The notes under the pieces are model-generated. The model was not told the DNA's origin. It saw only the letters and a list, made by a program, of their open reading frames with translations, and ran no database searches. A program made the translations under genes and the position numbers. From Eutreptiella sp. 'Long Island Sound 2002' (lineage: Eukaryota; Protista; Euglenida), in NCBI GenBank assembly GCA_964036045.1, contig OZ038379.1:37696001-37760000 (forward strand): DNA of 64,000 bases. The letters are read 5' to 3'. Positions 24,376-36,056 of the stretch are shown here, piece by piece (within the stretch, counting starts at the first letter, position 1; every line of letters starts with the position of its first letter).

Positions 24376-24407
24376 CTGATGAGGGGCAATTCCGCCCGAA
24401 ACATGTA
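24376..24407 (+). ncRNA. Minimal type-I hammerhead ribozyme-like motif
   Basis: CTGATGA-GGG(GCAATTCCG)CCC-GAA-ACATGT-A: intact core, palindromic stem III ACATGT, GUA cleavage triplet. Stem I pairing is poor, so probably decayed. Confidence 0.6.
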
Positions 24408-24527
24408 TGGAGCACACATCTGCTTTTGCTTGCACGTGGAGCCCTCTTGCATTTTCCCGGTTGACTTAGAGGAGACCTTCCGTTATACCACAAGGCACAT
24501 GACACAGCGTTCAAAATTTCAATTCGC

Positions 24528-25320
24528 CATTCGTGCTCAAAGGTTCCACAACAGCACTTGTGGTGCACTGACTGGAGGAGGTTGGACTGCATCAAATACC
24601 TTGGTGGCAAGATAGGACACCTTACAGTCAAGGGGGCCTACTTAGGCCCCCTCCAAGAGGCGTTTCGCGCCCTCACCATTGCAAAAAAAGTTCAGCTGCT
24701 TTAGGTGTTGGTGTTGTCCATGCTATTGCTCACAACACACACATATGTGGGGTACCTGTCTGTCGTTTCAGCGGTGCGCTAGGTATGTCATGACCTCTTT
24801 GGCCTTGTTAGCTGGGGCCTTACGTATGGGCGATCTGTGACCAGCTATCGCATCGCAAGGAGAACGGAGGGTATGACATCCCAATCCCGGAGACCTAGCT
24901 CCAGGCCCAAGGGGTGTTGGCTAGTGTCCAATTTTTCTCATACCCATTACGCTCCCCACGCAACGTGCGAGCACGCGTCGAACAATTTCGCTTACATTGC
25001 GGTTTTAATGTTCCAATTTTGCCATTTGGTAGTCCAAATTTACGAGATCGTGAAATTTTGTGGTTTTAGACGCATAGATGTCTATCGGCAATTTTGGTTT
25101 GGTGTGAAGTGCTGATATTGTGGTTCAACGGGCGCTGCTACTGGAGCAGGATCCAAAAAATGGGTAATTCAGCAGCCCTGGGAACTACCGTAGCCCTTCC
25201 CAAGAGTATGTGGTGGGTGTGTACGGCGTGGATCGTTCTCGGGGACCGATGGCTAGGAGGGCAACCGAAAGGCGGAAAGCCGACCCCATTGCACTTTTTG
25301 GACAAAATGATGATTTAAGA
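24528..25320 (+). mobile_element. Continuation of the LINE; first ~590 bp duplicate 22673-23262
   Basis: Colinear with 22673-23262 (roughly 85% by eye), including CIKYLGGKIG. Confidence 0.85.
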
Positions 25321-25859
25321 AAGGGCTAAACCAAAAAGTCAAATTTTTGGGGCAGGGCACGCTAACAGACCCAAATAAAGCCTAGAACGGGAGGGTATGT
25401 GGTGTTTTCCCATGCATACGGGACTACGAACCTCTGCGAGGTGACTTTAGGCCAAGAGCACAAAAACCCCATAACGGGCAATGATGACACCCCCCCCCGT
25501 AAATAACCGTACAATGTGTATTGGTCGCACATTTTTGGGGTTGACAAACCCTGTGGGGGCTCAATGGTTCTATGCTTCTAAGGCGACAGCCACGGCGGGG
25601 TGGCAAAAGGCCACAGGGGGCAGGGCGGAAGCAACACAACAAGCCCCTCCCAAACAAGCTGACGAGGCGGCCAGCCAAACCGGAACCCCCAAACCGGCAA
25701 AGGCCACTGCGGAGCCCGCCATCGGGCTGGCGCCCGCGGAGCGCGCCACCTGGTCCGCGCCCGCGGAACCTGCCACCTTGCACAAACACACCTTGTAGAG
25801 AATCTACCCCGAGCAACACAAATCGAGAAAAGGGTAATCAAGTGTAGGCAGGTTGTGTA

Positions 25860-26600
25860 CCTATCCCTTGGAAGACCACCCACCCGGGCACCCAATACCC
25901 AAATAATGCAAAAACCACAAAAGCATTGCCTAAAACGTGCCTCAGATACCTTCGATGGTCATTTTGTGTGGTCACAATATCAAAGAAAAATTGAAATATC
26001 CTCCTTTTGAATTGCCCAAGTTAAAGAGGATGCATAAAGCATAAAGCACGAAGTCCCTTGCAAGACTCCTCCAATACCGCACCCAACACCCAAATAACGT
26101 GCAAAACACATGAGTTAAGTTAAGATCACACCATCCATAGGTTGGATGGTCATCTTGTGTGGTCATGATATCCAAAAAGCATTTTTGAAAACTTCTGTTT
26201 TTAAACTGCCCGAGGTGAAAAAATGCAGAAGCAGATTGTGTACCAACATATTAGGAGACCCTCCCACCACCCCACCCAATACGCAAATAGTGGAAAAAAA
26301 CACTTAAGTGCTACCTAAAACATGCCTTACATACCTTGGATGGTCATTTTGTGTGGTCACGATATCACAAAAACCAAGTTTCCAAAACTCTTATTTTTTT
26401 GAGCTGCCCACGGTCAAAAGCTTGCATAAGTAGGATGTGTACCAATCCCTTAGGAGATCAGCTGAGCTTCGCACCCCATACCCAAATGAGGTGAAAACCA
26501 CACAAATACCTTTTAAAAGATGCTTTATATTCCCGGGAATATAGTTTGGATGGTCAGATTGTGTAGACACAAGCAAAAAACTAAATTGCAAAAACCATCA
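25860..26600. repeat. ~195-bp degenerate tandem repeat, 4 copies
   Basis: GATGGTCA(T/G)(T/C/A)TTGTGT at 25954, 26145, 26339 and 26549. Confidence 0.85.
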
Positions 26601-27103
26601 TGGAAGTATGGTTTTGGCACTCATGCCATTTTTCAAACAAATACGAGCACACGTACTTCAACACACCCCTCATTAGGGCAGGTGTGCACAAGGTAAAGCA
26701 TCACTTTTCAACGGCGGGCCAAACCCACTTGAGGCTTCTTAAACAACGTCCTCCCTCATGGAGGGCTGTGTATTCATTGGCCTCTCAAGCTTTCCACGGA
26801 CTTCCTCTCAACGATCGCTGTCTCCCATGTGTATGGGTAACCTGGGCTAAGGCTCAGTCCCTCCCTGTAGTGGCACCATCAACGAAGGTGACGCTGAACT
26901 TGGACACGGCCAAATAGGCTGTGTACCGGAATGCCTTCTTCCCTCCCTCGTTGCGGGACTTTGTATACCTAAGCATGTGGTGTAAACTAAGGGTACGGGT
27001 CAGACTCTTTCCATGGTTGCAGGTTGAGGACTGCCCCTTGTGCGGTAAGGAGGAAACAATTCGCCGTGCCCTCAAGTATTGTAAGTTTTCTAAGCATGTG
27101 TAG
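26600..27103 (+). mobile_element. LINE post-RT region with zf-RVT zinc finger
   Basis: FWHSCHF..TY..PLIRAGV; MWCKLRVRVRL..CPLCGKEETIRRALKYC. Confidence 0.8.
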
Positions 27104-27499
27104 CGAGCAATGCATCCGTTTTTTCGGAACCGGTGGATTCATGGTAAAAAAGGTCCACGGGTGCAGCTCCCCATCGCACAATACTCGTGCACGGCACCAA
27201 GCATTGTGCTTTGTCGTGCCCGCAAGGCACATTGCGGCACTGGATGCTCGGCGTCAATGGGTGCCACGCCTAGCATTGAATATTTTGTGACAAAATGGGC
27301 CGGGGAAATCAATGTGGCATCCCTATTGGAGCAGCTCAAGCATCACAGTAAAATTGTGGATTTTCACGGCAGCCTCTTTTTTTTACGGGATTGGACAACA
27401 CCACAACGATATGTCAACTAGCGGCAATACCACCACAATGCAATTCCTCATTAGTCATTAGATCCTTAGTGGCCACGACCGGATGGGCTCAAGGCCACC

Positions 27500-27980
27500 G
27501 TGGCAGAACAAGTCAAGACGATGGTTCACACCCACCTAAGGGACGGGTTGCACACCTTTTTCTTCAACGGCTCAGCCAAGCAGTATGCCAAATGTGGGTA
27601 TGCGAGGGGTTATGGATGTTGTGCCAAACGTGGGTATGTGGGGGGTGATGGATGCTGTTTCTCACGTCACCGGGAGTTTGCGGCCCTATGAGAAGAGGAT
27701 GAAGGGCAAACCAATGGCACGGCAGAACTCCAGGCGGCCATCGTAGCCGTCCTGAAACTCACACAACACACTGTGATTTTTGGGGATTTTCTAGATATGT
27801 CATGGACGTCGTTAAAGGGGAAGCATACAAATGGCGACACAATGGCTAGTGTGGCCCAAAGGGGCCGATACGGAAAGCATAGGTGCAAGTTATCGACTCG
27901 ACCACACACATAATAAGGCGCGGTCCCCGGTTCCTGGGAATGAGCAGGCTAATGAACGGGCCGAGGGGGCGCTGTATGCA
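27500..27980 (+). mobile_element. LINE-encoded RNase H remnant
   Basis: FFFNGSAK (DGS-like), GKPM/TNGTAELQAAI, VIFGD, HNKARSPVPGNEQANERA. Confidence 0.8.
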
Positions 27981-30526
27981 CCCCTTCTACCTCACCAGCA
28001 AGACAACCCTTCCCCCCTCTTGGGCTGCAAGTTCACTGCTGAGCCCTGTTGTGCCGTGCAAGCCGGCAACCTCACGCATCCTCCTCTTGGATGAGGAGGA
28101 GGTGTCCTGCCTCCACGCACCCTTGTTCGCGACCCCCTCAAGTGTCACACTACCCTCAGATGCACAGTCAAATACATGCTCACATGAGAAGGATCACGAT
28201 TCCACGCCAATCGTGCCACTGCCTAACCGAGCCATCACACCGTCCGCAACGGCAGTGTATAAAGTACCAGGCCTTGAGCTGATACCAGACACAAACAAAC
28301 CATCACCATTGTAATTGTGAGCCGGCGAGCTGCCTGACCTAGCGGAGGGCGAGCCCTCAGTGGATCGCGTGTTGCTGAATGATGAATATGATTATAGCAA
28401 AGAAGTAAGTGATAGGCAGGGGCAGCCAGTCCGCAAGCATAAGAAGGGGAAACATCACAGAGCGGTACACTATGCAAGTAGAACATGCACAAGCATGCAG
28501 CTGTGTTGTAGGAAAGGAACAACTCATTGTGGCCCATGCGGCCCCTGCACGTACGTGCCTGCTGCTTTTCTTTCCATGTTTTCTTATAGCTGAATGTCTC
28601 ATCATGTAGGACCAGAAACTACGGCATCCAATGAGAGGCGTGGCGACCACATACAGGGCACCACTTCCAGCAAGCAGGCCCAGTATGATTCTCCCATTGT
28701 GTGGCATATCCAGCGACAGAACCATGAAGTGTGCACAGAACTAGAAGCAATCACCACGCTCTGAGTGTGCGCTACCCCTGTATTTCACCTTCGAGGAAGT
28801 GGAAGCTGAAAAGCCGCCCAACAAAACTGCAGATATTGATGAGGACTACCCTAGAGACCTACGTTAAATCCGATATGTGAAAATTTCAATTTGAATTTTT
28901 GAAAGGCGTTAAATGTTAAACTGGTAAATATTAACACCTTACACGACAAAACCTAGAATTTTCTAGTTTCTAAACTATTTGCGATATCAATTGCATGTGT
29001 ATGCTAGGGTCTTGAGGCGGCTTGATGTGGTAGAATGTTGCACTATGGGTTTGTAGAGATGTTGCATTGACTAAGGGTTGGGGGTCCAACACCTATTATC
29101 TTTCTTTGGGTGCACCTCCAACCCCACTCCACACCCCCTTTTCTCTTGTGTAGCACTTGTTATGCCTTTCTCTTGCAACACCATTCTACAGCTTAGTATG
29201 ACACTTGTGCGTTTGAGTGGAGTTTGTGGGACCCTTTGGTCTCCCAACTCCTTGGTGGGTGTGTGGCTTCATCTCCCTTGGCCGAGGGCCGATGGTGGGA
29301 AGCCACGGACGTTGGCTACCCCTCCCTTGTTCGTGCTAAGCAAGTGGAGGTGGTGAACCAATACACCTCCTTCCTTTTTCCCGCGACCGGGTTGATTGGG
29401 CTACTCATTGACCTCAATGTCACAAAGATGGGATTCTGCCACCTCTCCAATTTCATGACCCGGCGAGGGATTGACTATACGGCCGCTACGGGCCACACTT
29501 TCTCGCGACCCATCCCAACGCGGCAAGCCTTCTTGGACACGTGGAAGCATGTGGCTAAGCCGCTAGAGTTGCGGCCCCCCGTGACCGTGGACGACCCACC
29601 TGCTAGTGGCCGCAATTGGCCCATGCACTCATGGGCCGGCTACATTCAATTGCGTCCACCAGTAGTGGACACCATTGATTGGGGCCAGCCCCTTGCCTTC
29701 TTGTGTGCGGGGATGCGTACCCATGCGCCGGTGGGAATTGGACCCAATTGTCAATAGGGCTCCTGAACCACGGCAAACGGGGCCGTACCCCCGCCTACTT
29801 GTGGGTCATTGGGATGGCCGTGCGCGGCAACAAAAACATGGTCGCTTTTGCCACTACTTGGGCCGACAAGCTTCAGGTACTTGGCGCTTTTGTGTTGCAT
29901 TGAATTCGGGACGTTTCTTTTCAATGTTCCTCGTTCAAAAACGAAAAGTGGTCTAAAATTTAAACCGAACGAAATTAGAAGCTCAAATTTAAACGAAAAA
30001 GTACTATCCGGATATCAATGCATACAGTCTTTTGTATGTTTCAGTCGATTCATGACTGCAAGAGTTTCTGCTGGGCAACCTTTTGGGTGCCGGCTGCATT
30101 GGTCCTTCGAGGTGACCAGCCGTTTTTTCTCCGCCTCATTGGGGTATCCACGTCGCCCCAAGTGGGGTCAACTTACAGTATGGGGGTGTGGGACAAGGCG
30201 GTGGTGACGTGGTTGTGGGTGGACGTGCCTGGACGTTAGACAACGAGGCAGCCGCCCGTCGCCAACATCAGGTGACGGGTCGAATCTTGGATAATGGGGG
30301 GTGCATAGTGGAACCCAACATTGTGGTTGACCAGTGTTGGGTTTTCCTATGCATGCTCTATTGTTGCATGGCCATCGGCCGCCTTCAGGTTGCTTTTGTC
30401 GGGGCGCGCCTGGAGGCACTCCCCAAGGAGGATGCCGAGGCCGTGCAACGGTTGTTGTACCGGACACACACGGGGGTAAAATTGGGTGCCTCCGCCGCAC
30501 CCGATGGGGAGGAGGCCAGGGCCCTC

Positions 30527-31028
30527 GGGATGGGGAAAATTGGCTTGCGCCCAGGGGGGGTCACGCCTGTCACCTGAAGGAGGGGGGGGGGTTGGGAAAT
30601 GGACACCTGTGACAGGACCTATGTATGGTCCTCATTGTCTGCTTTTTTGTTTTGACCAGGGGGTGCCATAAGGACGCCCAGCCTTTTTTTTTATACTATG
30701 GCACCCACTCTCTGATGTTCACATCTCCTCAGATCCTGACGTAGCTTAATTGGTAGAAGTACTGGATTCTAATTCTAGAGGACCTGGGTTGAAACACTGT
30801 TGTCCACAATATTTTTACCTTCGCTTTTTTGGTCTTTTTTATGTGCTATTCGATGCAACCGGAATAGACCGGACATAAACACCACCACCGTTGGGGGTAG
30901 GGGGGGGACTGGGGGGCTTTGTATACCAGTTGTCATTGCCCCGTCACAGCGGGCCAGAAGGGGGGGGGGGGGGTTGGGGAAATGGACATCCGTGACCCCC
31001 GTGGGCGCAAGCCAAATTTCCCCCACCC
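30527..31028. mobile_element. 502-bp MITE with ~38-bp TIRs and 3-bp (CTC) duplication, inserted in transposase copy 2
   Basis: GGGATGGGGAAAATTGGCTTGCGCCCA..GGTCACG versus CGTGACC..TGGGCGCAAGCCAAATTTCCCCCACCC. Removing it plus one CTC restores EEARAL-FLAWEE in frame. Confidence 0.85.
30735..30808 (+). pseudogene. tRNA-derived sequence with intact D and anticodon arms; anticodon loop reads CTA
   Basis: GCTT-AATTGGTAG-AAGT, CTGGA-TTCTAAT-TCTAG, 5-nt variable loop. T and acceptor stems are decayed. Confidence 0.6.
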
Positions 31029-31581
31029 CTCTTCCTTGCGTGGGAGGAGATGGGCCCACTACCGGCCTATGCACCGGAGGACCCCGAATGGCAAGCCATT
31101 GTTGCCATGAGGGATCTACTTCGGGACTTGTACAGCGACACGCCCCCTCTCTTGGACGTGGGGGCGTTTGCTGTCGCGCGGGAGTACGGCGCACATTGCT
31201 GCAAGGCCGCTTGCTAGTCCAACTACCTCCTCTACCTGGAGGAGGATGTGACCACAGCAGTGGCCAGTGCGGCACGTTTGGGGGTGGGGTTGGGAGCGGT
31301 GTGTGCGGATGTGGTAGAAAGTCTAAACGCCATCTGGAAACGGGTCTACAATGATCACACGGCCCGGGGGGGGGGGGGGGGACCGGCCGCCACATCCCTA
31401 GAAAGGGAGGTGGAGGTTGTTTTGCAAGTATGGGAGTGGTGGTTTTTGAAGATTGATCTCCCCCTTAGGACCCTAGGAACCCCCCATGTGGCCCCATGTA
31501 CAATGGCCACACTCATCCCCACCCACAGCCCCCCACCCATGTCCCTTTCCCTTGCACCCCCAGCTCTTTGATCCCCTATCC

Positions 31582-32968
31582 ATGGACTCCGCCACGATGG
31601 AGGCGTTGATGGAAAGGATGATGCAAAAAAATGACCGACAAACTGGTAGGTGCTTGCCTGTGCGGCCTCCAAGTTTCGGCTGGCGATGGGGGTCCTGCAT
31701 GCCCAAGGGTGTGCAAAATTTTCAGAAGATATGTGTGTCTGTGCGTGTGCTTGCGTGTGATTGATTTTTCGGACGCTTCGTTTAAAACTTTTGGTTTAAT
31801 TTTTAAAATTTCGATCGGTGCCGTAAAAATTAAAAATTAGCATTAAGAATATAAAGAAAAAAATGTAACAAAAGTCGTCGGAAAAAATTACTTTCTCCCC
31901 CACACCACGGCCTCGACGTGATTTGTTGCAGGTCAAGGATGTCGTGGTGTGCCGGGGCCATGTTCGCCCCATCCGTGTCGTGTGGAGCGACCAGGATGAG
32001 GAGAGGAGCGTGGGGTTGGGGGGCTTGCACAAGGTTCTCGTCCAAGACCCCGCGCTTGGGTTGGCCGTGCTCCGCGGCGTGAAGGAGTGGGAGCACGGCC
32101 GCATGTGCTCCGAGTTGTGGGGCCCATCGCGGCCCTACAAGCCCACTGATTGGGCACACTTGGCGGAGATGGGGTGGTTGGGATGTGAGGATGGGGGGAT
32201 TTGGCGGGAGATGGGAGTTTGGGAGGCAAAGGAGGTGAAGGAGGAAAGGGACCGGGCAAGCACCACCACCCCCCCCAACCCCCCCCCCCCCCCCTCCAAG
32301 CCCCCCCCCCCCCCAAGAGAGGCAAGGGTGGCAAAGCCACCAGTGGGACCACCGGTAAGAAGAGGAAGCGATGCAAGTCGGACTCGGATGCCGAGTCCGA
32401 TCGCCCCGCCTATTCCTCTTCGTCCTCCTCCGGCGAGAACTCCCCCCCCCCCCAAAAAAAAAGAAGAACCCAGCCCAACAAAAAGACAAAGGCCGTCCCC
32501 ACCCCGAAAGAGAAGGGGCGGGGAGAAGAAGGAGGAGGGGGGTGGGAAAGAAGCGAGGGGGGGGGAGAAGAAGGAGGGGGGGGGGGGGGGGGCAACGATC
32601 CCCTTGTGGGGACCACCGCCCACGTCCTATACGGGGGCGGGGTAGAGGTGGGCACCGTCACCGGTGCCCACACCTGCAAGAGCGGGGTTGTTTGGGTGAG
32701 ATACCCAAACAACCACAAGCTCTATGAGGTGGAGCGCCACCTCATCTTCGGCACGGCCGAAGCCGCGGAGGCGCACCTCCAAAAGGTGCGCAAAGATGCG
32801 ACCCCCACCACCAACCCCCGTGCAACGAAGCCGGCTAACCCCCCAACTAACCCCCAAGAAAACCCTCAACCCAACCAAAATACCCCCACTAACCCACCTA
32901 ACCCCCTAACCGCAACCCAAGGTGCCCCGGCACTATGGGACCCGGAAACAGGCTCCCGAGAGGTTTAA
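31582..32968 (+). pseudogene. Accessory gene of the 28849-33392 transposon: N-terminal beta-rich domain, K/P-rich linker, C-terminal Tudor-like domain
   Basis: 64-nt exon 1, intron 31646-31931. RVVWSD..VGLGGL..DPALGLAVL.G..WEHGR and VGTV..VVWVRY..LYEV..LIF..EAAEAHL both match 59110-60081. Homopolymer frameshifts present. Confidence 0.6.
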
Positions 32969-34052
32969 CACGTGAACAATGGCCCGGATGGCCAAGGACA
33001 TGAGCCGCGAAGGCTAAGGGGTATGTTCTATGTGTTTTTTTGCTTGTGTAGGGAGGTTTCATTCTTAGAAAGTTGGTTTGAATTCTCTTGGTTTAATTTT
33101 TAATCCGGGCGGCACATAATATTTAAAATCTGCAAATTTTAAACCAAAACTTAATCTCAAATTTTAAAGCTGAGGGCCACTTTAATATTTTTACACATCA
33201 ACACGGATCGACCCCCCCCCAACCCATGTGGTAAAATGGTGGACAAACACACAAGGCACCCCATGGGGGGTGAAAATTTTTCCAAGCAACGCCCCTAACC
33301 CCCCCCCCCCCGCCAAGAGCGGAAACTTTGGTTTAATGAATTAATTTTTGGTCAAAAATTCAAAATATTGGATTGAATTTGGGTCTCTAGGGTAGGCACG
33401 ACAAGTGGGGTGCCTGATCCCGCGTTTCTTCGATCCAGATCTCACCAGAGACTTTAGGCCAGTATACATGGTGGCTGACTACCAGCTGGCCATGGCCTTT
33501 GTGGTCCCCTGTGGGCTGAAGCACTGTCTCTATCAGTTACTGCTACCCACGTGATGGTACCTTGAGTGGCGGTTTCCGACCTATACGCCGTAGTTACAAG
33601 ACTACCTGCTCAACAACTGGTAGAGCACGCCGACAACCCTGCCGTGGGGAGGCCAGGCCACCCATGATAGCTCTTCCTCATGGCGGTGCCTGCCTGAGCT
33701 CACCTAGAGTACTGATGCAGCCAGGCGGGACGAGTCCTGGCCTTGGTTGGAATGCTATACTATTCTTGTGTGCCTATTTTAGGTTTAGGTCGATAGGTGC
33801 CGCTGAGATGTGGAATTAGAATTAATATAAGACATGCGGCACACGGTGTGGCCACTCCGCAAAAAAAACGAGGGTAAACATTACAGACAGGTGCGCAGGA
33901 CAGGGAGGACACCATCCAGCATTCCACTTTGTTGTACATACGGAACGAGGCAAGGGCCTTGGTTGGCCGAATGAGTGCCACACCTAAGTCTTGTGTGTGG
34001 CACGGATGAGAGCTTGAGGGGCTGGAGTAGCCGGAAAAACCTCGTGACTCGG

Positions 34053-36056
34053 CCAACCATGCGATTTTGATCCTGCAGAGGACATTTTCACGTTTTCTAG
34101 CAGTGCCTTTATATGCCCAACACAGAATTATTTACATAGTGGGTGGGACATGTGTGTGGCGGTCCACAGGGGGTTGGTCGGTAGCTCTCACCATGGGATT
34201 CGAGGTATTTGGCCAACCTTGTGTCATCCCAACCACAAGCCCCATGCCGCATGCCGTCCCTAGTGCCCACCTGACCTGCTGTGTGCTTTGCTCTCCCCAC
34301 CCCTCACAACACTGTGGTGTTGGGTATCAATGCATGACGTTGACTGTCTCTAGAGGTCGGGTATCATGCTGCACTTGGTTGAGATGGGTTCCATGGAGCA
34401 CCCACATTGCTATTTCATTTTTTTAGCCCTTTCTCCTGTTTTCATTTGAGCATGCTGCAATGTCTTTGACTCCATTTGATTTTGGAGGAGACAGGAACAT
34501 TGCAAGTGGTTGTCGTCCGGGTGCATGAACCGGTTGGCATTTATGTGGTTCTCGCTTTGCAGATGCGCAAGGCCTTGAATGAGAAAAACCCCGGACGATG
34601 GGCCGCGCACACTGTATTCACAGTGCGGAATGGGGTGTGGCATACGTTGATTCTCTGTGGTGCTTTGGGTTTGGGGAAAGAGGACGGTGGTTCCACTTAA
34701 GGAGGTGGATGGTCAACAACGTAGCACTAGGGATTCCGTTGACTGCTCAAACAATACCGACCACTTATTCAATCAAAAGGTGCTTTGACTTCTCAAAGAA
34801 ATTAGACAGGCAGATGTACATGTAGACCAAGACTACCCACGAGCAGCCGGAATGCGCAGCGAGCCTCCCTTTCTCAGTCCCTAGACAAGCCGCTTGCTCA
34901 AGGAGCACCAGTGGTTGTGCCCAATGTTACACCCGTTGAGACGAGCATTACATATCGGCAAATGTGCCACGTGCTACGCACAACGTCCATGAAAGCTTGG
35001 GAAAAGCAAGCTGTCAAATTCATTGTGAGAGTCGTCCGTAGCACCCTGCACACTATGCAAATAGTCTTCAACAAATTCTCCATGAAAAAAGGTTGGTCTC
35101 TAGCTCGCCCTTAGTGTTCGTGCAAAACTCATCTTGAGATTGCTCGGCACTATGGGGAACTGGTGGACATTGAGGGGCATGTGGCACTAATCCCGGTATG
35201 GCTTATAGATAGCCATGGGATGTTTGTGCACCCCCGAGATCCTCTTCCTATCCCAGGAAAATATGCACGGATTCAAGTTGCATGCCAACGAATGGCTCAA
35301 TGGGAAGTGGCAATGACGGGGTAAAGAGCTCTTGTGGAGCATATACCACATGCACCCCGAAATGGACCGGGTATACAAGGCAAACAGCCAATCTTTCCAC
35401 ACGACGACTTGGTTGTTGTAGTCAAGCATGACCTCAACAATGATAACGGCTGTTTCAGTGCCGGGCACCTTTGGGTGCACAATACCTGCATGCCCATGGG
35501 GACCCCCCCCTTTTTCGCTCAAGATGCCAACCACCACTTAGTGTGGGGGGCGTACAAGGGCCGGAGGAAATTTCGGCAGTTGGGGCGGTTGGAGATCTCT
35601 ACCCCGGGATGGCTGGTGAGGCACGGGCCATATGGTTGCTTGTCAGTGTGTCAATCTAGAGATAACATCATGGTAGCCACCGACGCCAGCCCTAGGGATC
35701 GTTCTACAGTTTTCCAAATGGTATGGGAGGTGCTGAGGGACCACTGGACGTTGGACGTTGATTGTGACTGCATTTTGAAAACGGTGTCGGTATGCACAAG
35801 ACAATGTCGTAAACGAGTGACCAAAGCAGTAGGGGTGGTTATGGTACTAAACTCCGGTAACTATGGCACGGCATTCGCTGAACCAGCCGCCCTTATGGCG
35901 GACCGCAGCCTAAAACTTGGACTGAAATTGAACCCCCTCAAGAGCCCTCGATACGCCCCGAAGGATGACCTGCTCGCCATCTTCACAAGGGTTTTGAAGA
36001 ATAGTCTGTGCTGGGCTGAAACTTGGGTCTCCCAAATCCTGAGGGCTGCTGCGTAG
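34053..36056 (+). mobile_element. Second Penelope-like RT remnant with its 5' region
   Basis: LWVHNTCMPMGTPPFFAQDA (Q..G.PMG-like) and CQSRDNIMV (RYxDD/N-like), with degenerate upstream RT segments at 34.9-35.3 kb. Confidence 0.5.

Larger units (their letters stand above)
29224..31571 (+). pseudogene. Spliced DDE transposase, copy 2 (RAG1/Transib/CMC-like)
   Basis: VCGDAYP (D1), LRGDQPF (D2), CMLYCCMAIGRL (LH-like), PDGEEARALF (compare RAG1 NGNFARKL), CADVVESLNAIWK (E). Intron at 29877-30044; MITE at 30527-31028; frameshifts present. Confidence 0.7.
28849..33392 (+). mobile_element. Complete 4.5-kb two-gene DNA transposon with CCCT..AGGG TIRs and TA target duplication
   Basis: Left TA|CCCTAGAGACCTACGTTAAATCCGATAT; reverse complement of the right end TA|CCCTAGAGACCCAAATTCAATCCAATAT. 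Inserted in the 3' part of the LINE. Confidence 0.85.

Noticed and set aside
22673-25125. Direct repeats read as Penelope pseudo-LTRs
   Set aside because: They translate as LINE thumb sequence (IKYLG) continuous with the flanking LINE, so they are duplicated target sequence.
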